The notes under the pieces: generated by a model | The model's database searches: none | Told to the model about the DNA's origin: nothing | The model's input: the letters and a program-made list of their open reading frames with translations, nothing else | IMG/VR virus record: IMGVR_UViG_3300046492_000369 | Coordinates: 13,042-77,041 of that record | Strand: one strand, 5' to 3' | Origin: a virus | DNA length: 64,000 nucleotides | Shown: positions 60,322 to 64,000 of the stretch, in pieces | Layout of the letters: every line of letters starts with the position of its first letter | Position numbering within the stretch: the first letter of the stretch is position 1 | Position numbers and translations under genes: made by a program

Positions 60322-62496
60322 TTACGGCAGCTTGGCGATCGCCTTGGCCACAGAGATCATGATAGTGCTGCTGATCTCGGCTTCATCCAGCTTGTCTGCA
60401 ATTCGCTCATTCAGGTCCATGACCTTCTGGCGGATTGCTTCAATCTGGAAGCCAGCATCGACGAGAATCATCGCATAACGAAGCAGCATGTTATTGCGGT
60501 TACCATCACCGATATTGTTCATCACCCAGCGTTCAAGGTTGTCCATGCCCTGCTGGTTTTGCAGCAGTGCCTTACGTTCCTCGTTCTTACTGGTTTTGGG
60601 GATGAACGGTAGCACATCGAGCACTTCACCCTCGTTGTACTCGTAGTGGCTGGGTGTTCCATCCAGTGACTGGGCACAGGACATCCACTTGCGTGCTCGC
60701 TGCTTGGTTTGCTCGTCGATGCCTTCGAATGGCAGCCATTCGAAGATGTTGGCCATGAACTCCTTGTAGTCCTTGGCATCGAGTTTGAGCTCGAAGTTGA
60801 TCGGCAGAACCAGACGGAATCGATCACCATTGTCAGCTACCCGATGGCGCTTGGTCGTATAGATCAAGAACTTGTACTGAGCCATCAACGTCTTCACGGT
60901 GCTCATGTTGGCCACACCATCCACGTCGATGACGATCATGGAAAAGCCTGGGATCGCATTCTCTTCGTTACGGTAGCCATTCACCAGATGGTGGTTGACC
61001 CAGTGCATCGAAGGGTGCTGCGTCAGGACATGCATCTTGTCCCATGGAGCCCGCTCATTGGCGTAATCCGTCGTGATGTCTTGGCTGTACGCCACGATCA
61101 TGCTGTCCAGTGAACTGGCTTTCAGGGCTTCGCCACGCAGGAATTCGATCCCGTCAGAGAAGGACTTCTTGATGATAATGCCGTTCTTGTAGCCCCATGC
61201 AGTAGCCAGGGACAGCATCTCCTGTTTCTGGCTTGCTGGTCCACGATAGAACGGCAGGTCTTCGGTCAGGTCAGCTTGGGTGCATTCGCGCTGGACCGAG
61301 CCAAGGTACTTGGCCATCTTGACGTAGTTGCGGTCCCGGGTCAGCAGCCGGTTGAAGGCTTCACCCGATTCCTCGGCCAGCTTGATGGCGTTGTACAGGT
61401 GTCCCTCGGTCAGCTCGGGCGAGTCGTCGATGAAGGCGTAGGCACCAGCCAGCTTCAGTGCCTTGAAGTAGCGGTGACTGATCTCGGCCTTCTTGATCTC
61501 TTCATGCTCCGGCAAGGCATTGGCGATCTTCTCGCACTTGAGCTTGTACTCGATCAGCAGCAGGCTGGTATCCTTGCTCATCACCAGCTTCTTGTTGACG
61601 TTGATGATGTCAGCCAGCTGGTCCAGCTTCTCGGCCAGATCTTCGATGAACACGTTGCTGGATTTGTCCGTCAACATGTCGTAGACCTGTTCCGGTGTCA
61701 GATCCACCTGCTTGTCACTGGCTTTGCTGTAGCCAAAAAAGCAGCGCCGTGCAAAGCCTGTCTCCAGCATCGAGTACAGCTCTTCCTCGACCTTGGAGCC
61801 GTTGAGTAGCTTGGAGGGTGTCCCGAATAACAGCATGTTGGTCGGTGTCTTGCCAACCATCTGCTCACCCCGGGTGTTCTCACTGGTATTCTTGACCAGC
61901 TTATCCTTGATGGCCCCGACATCGTACAGTTCGAGGAAGGTGTTGAGCACATCAATGCTGCCCAATAGGTTCGAGCCGATCTCGTCGATCTGCAGATTCA
62001 CACTGCCTGCATCGGCCATCAGTAGCTTGTGCCGTAACTGCTTGATGGCTGGTGGAGTGGCTTCCGAGAACACGAACATCAGGTTACCGAGGTTGTCGAA
62101 TTCCTTCTGCACCCGCACCAGTTCTTCTTCCGGATCGACGTTCTTGCGATTGGCACGCTTGACCGCCAGCTTCGGCAGGTTCTGTTCGGCCAGTATCGGG
62201 AATGTCTCTTCGATAAAGCGGGTACGGAAACGGTGGATGACTTCATTCTCCATGATATTGCTGGAGAAGCCCTTGCCTGATCCTGAGGTGCCGAGGTTCA
62301 AGGCATACAGGTTGACCGGGATCTCTCCACGATCATGCGTGACGATGGTGGTGCGCATCGTGGACGCAATCATACTGAAGTAGTAACCCACCAGCACCCG
62401 GAAGAACAGGGGATTGCTGTTCTGTGTTTTCGAACACAGAATCTCGACCATCTTTTCGCTGGTCGGGTGGTACATCATTTCATCGTTGGTCTTCAT
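60322..62496 (-). CDS. DNA primase (N4 gp43-like) with P-loop and PriCT domains
   Basis: SGSGKG, DEIGSNL, DVD...YTTKRH...RFRL (AEP core), GNRNNMLLRYA. Confidence 0.9.
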   Translation of the reverse strand: MKTNDEMMYHPTSEKMVEILCSKTQNSNPLFFRVLVGYYFSMIASTMRTTIVTHDRGEIPVNLYALNLGTSGSGKGFSSNIMENEVIHRFRTRFIEETFPILAEQNLPKLAVKRANRKNVDPEEELVRVQKEFDNLGNLMFVFSEATPPAIKQLRHKLLMADAGSVNLQIDEIGSNLLGSIDVLNTFLELYDVGAIKDKLVKNTSENTRGEQMVGKTPTNMLLFGTPSKLLNGSKVEEELYSMLETGFARRCFFGYSKASDKQVDLTPEQVYDMLTDKSSNVFIEDLAEKLDQLADIINVNKKLVMSKDTSLLLIEYKLKCEKIANALPEHEEIKKAEISHRYFKALKLAGAYAFIDDSPELTEGHLYNAIKLAEESGEAFNRLLTRDRNYVKMAKYLGSVQRECTQADLTEDLPFYRGPASQKQEMLSLATAWGYKNGIIIKKSFSDGIEFLRGEALKASSLDSMIVAYSQDITTDYANERAPWDKMHVLTQHPSMHWVNHHLVNGYRNEENAIPGFSMIVIDVDGVANMSTVKTLMAQYKFLIYTTKRHRVADNGDRFRLVLPINFELKLDAKDYKEFMANIFEWLPFEGIDEQTKQRARKWMSCAQSLDGTPSHYEYNEGEVLDVLPFIPKTSKNEERKALLQNQQGMDNLERWVMNNIGDGNRNNMLLRYAMILVDAGFQIEAIRQKVMDLNERIADKLDEAEISSTIMISVAKAIAKLP

Positions 62497-62508
62497 CTTG
62501 GTTCCTGA

Positions 62509-63501
62509 TTAGATAACGAGGTCGCCAGTAGCAATGAGCTTGTCCTTCTGCGAACAGATGGAGAAACCAGCACAGTACTTACATGCACTGACTTGCCCTG
62601 GCTTGGTAACGACGATGCCTTGGCCCTTCCCTACGGTCATCATGTGGGTCTTGGCTTCCAGTTCGGATTCGAAATTCTTGGTGCTGCGAGCAGCATTCGG
62701 ATCACCATTCTTGTACCACTTGAACTGGGGCTCGGAACGCCACAGGTCTTCGTCGGTGCACGATGGCAGGTCAGGTTCAGGCAGGTCCACAAGGTCATCG
62801 AAGTCGGACAGCTTCTTCTTCACGTAAGCATCCGTGTCTGCGATCGACAGCAGTTTGAGCTTGTGTTCTTGGAAGCGTTGTTGCGGGTAGCTGGAATTCT
62901 GGCGAGCTTGCAGGGATGACCAGTCGGTGAAGATGAACTGGATCGACATGTCGTCAGCCGTAATGATATCCGGATTCAGCCAACGATAGATTGAGCCTTG
63001 CAGGATGTACTTGTCATCATTCGATCCGCTCATGGCCGAGAAGGTCGTCGTGGTCTTGAAGTCTTCCAGGCGGCCTTGGCCAACGAAGTCGAACTTGCCT
63101 GCGACAAGGTATTTGCCAACCTGTTTGTAGGCACGCTGTTCCAGGTAGACCGGAATGATATCCGGGTCTGCGGCCACTTCTTCCTTGGTCGGATTGATGC
63201 GTACCAGCTTGATCACACGGGCCGGGTAGCCAAGTGCTGCCAGTGCATTGGTATGGTTGGTTTTCCAGCTCCGCTCAATCGCATCATGGATGGCCGAGCC
63301 TACCCGTGAAGCCATCATGGAAGCCAGATCAGGCAATCCCAGATCCTGCGGTACACGGCCAGCGAGGATCAGTTGACGCAACGGCTTGATCAGCGAGGTA
63401 GCCGAGATCGTGTTCGCGTCATGGTCATAATTATCAGTGGCGAGGAACACGCCCAGTGACAGGGGAACGGCTCCGGTATTGACATAGCGGGGTTGCGTCA
63501 T
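62509..63501 (-). CDS. PD-(D/E)xK exonuclease (N4 gp42-like)
   Basis: ISATSL, G.AIHD.IE, YLEQR, GKFDF...EDFKT, Q.SIY, CKYC...C. Confidence 0.85.
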   Translation of the reverse strand: MTQPRYVNTGAVPLSLGVFLATDNYDHDANTISATSLIKPLRQLILAGRVPQDLGLPDLASMMASRVGSAIHDAIERSWKTNHTNALAALGYPARVIKLVRINPTKEEVAADPDIIPVYLEQRAYKQVGKYLVAGKFDFVGQGRLEDFKTTTTFSAMSGSNDDKYILQGSIYRWLNPDIITADDMSIQFIFTDWSSLQARQNSSYPQQRFQEHKLKLLSIADTDAYVKKKLSDFDDLVDLPEPDLPSCTDEDLWRSEPQFKWYKNGDPNAARSTKNFESELEAKTHMMTVGKGQGIVVTKPGQVSACKYCAGFSICSQKDKLIATGDLVI

Positions 63502-63559
63502 GATTCACCTTTTTGGAGTTATTAGAAGATCGAAGAAGCGCAGGGACTGCGCCTGTTGT

Positions 63560-63970
63560 TTATTTTTTGGCTTGACGCTTGAGCGCAATCCGCTTCAGGA
63601 CCAGATAGCCCAGCAGATCCCATTCCGGATCTTCGTCTTCATTGTCCTTACGGTTACGGATACGGGACAGCTTGTCATCGATGCGGACGTTGATCAGCTC
63701 CACTGCATCGCAGCGGGAGAAGGTCTGGTTTGGATTGAGAGCCGCATCACCATACTTCTTGTTCTTTTCAATCAACATGCGTGACAGTTCAGTAAGAACG
63801 TCCGCCACGTCGATGTCGAATTGGGATGGCCCTTCCTTGAATTTGATCTCGCCTTCAGAAGGTTTGACGTAGCCAGAACCTTCAATCAGTTCACTGAGTG
63901 TGGGGTGGGGTGTGCCGGTTATGACACGTACTTCCATGTCGCAATCGAAGCAGACATCACGGCCTGCCAT
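63560..63970 (-). CDS. DUF1599 / nucleotide-modification-associated domain 1-like protein
   Basis: KNKKYGD...VRIDDKLSRI...ED..WDL.GY.VL signature; start uncertain. Confidence 0.7.
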   Translation of the reverse strand: MAGRDVCFDCDMEVRVITGTPHPTLSELIEGSGYVKPSEGEIKFKEGPSQFDIDVADVLTELSRMLIEKNKKYGDAALNPNQTFSRCDAVELINVRIDDKLSRIRNRKDNEDEDPEWDLLGYLVLKRIALKRQAKK

Positions 63971-64000
63971 GGCAGTATTTGCGCATTTCTTGCATGAGTG

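Noticed and set aside
1-64000. Prophage or temperate lifestyle; recoded genetic code
   Set aside because: No integrase, repressor or host genes. Core genes are intact under the standard code; the only in-frame stop (TGA 20049) is explained by the intron.

Overview
This window is most of an N4-like podovirus (Schitoviridae) genome, circularly permuted so that the likely physical ends meet near 29.8-30.1 kb. Leftward from 29.7 kb on the minus strand lie the early genes, a Drc-like RNAP cofactor, the two-subunit RNAP II, ClpX-like and MoxR-like ATPases, a vWA/metallopeptidase, helicase, family A DNA polymerase and rIIA/rIIB. At the far left are a plus-strand tail fibre end and the lysis cassette. 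Rightward from 30.1 kb on the plus strand lie terminase, portal, capsid, ejection proteins and a 3516-aa virion RNA polymerase. A minus-strand block at the right end encodes exonuclease, primase, Sak4-like ATPase, SSB and a RuvC-like resolvase. Most notable observations: (1) a self-splicing group I intron carrying an HNH homing endonuclease splits the Walker A motif of the MoxR-like AAA ATPase; (2) five divergent paralogous small genes with conserved ends sit in tandem between the two RNAP II subunit genes; (3) the vRNAP has Phe in place of the motif-B Tyr that discriminates against dNTPs; (4) an orphan 14-nt perfect complement of the 16S rRNA 3' end lies in a candidate sRNA after the spanins; (5) DnaA boxes cluster in the early non-coding region; (6) a highly structured ~430-nt non-coding region follows the vRNAP gene. 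All calls come from motif recognition by eye; no searches were run.
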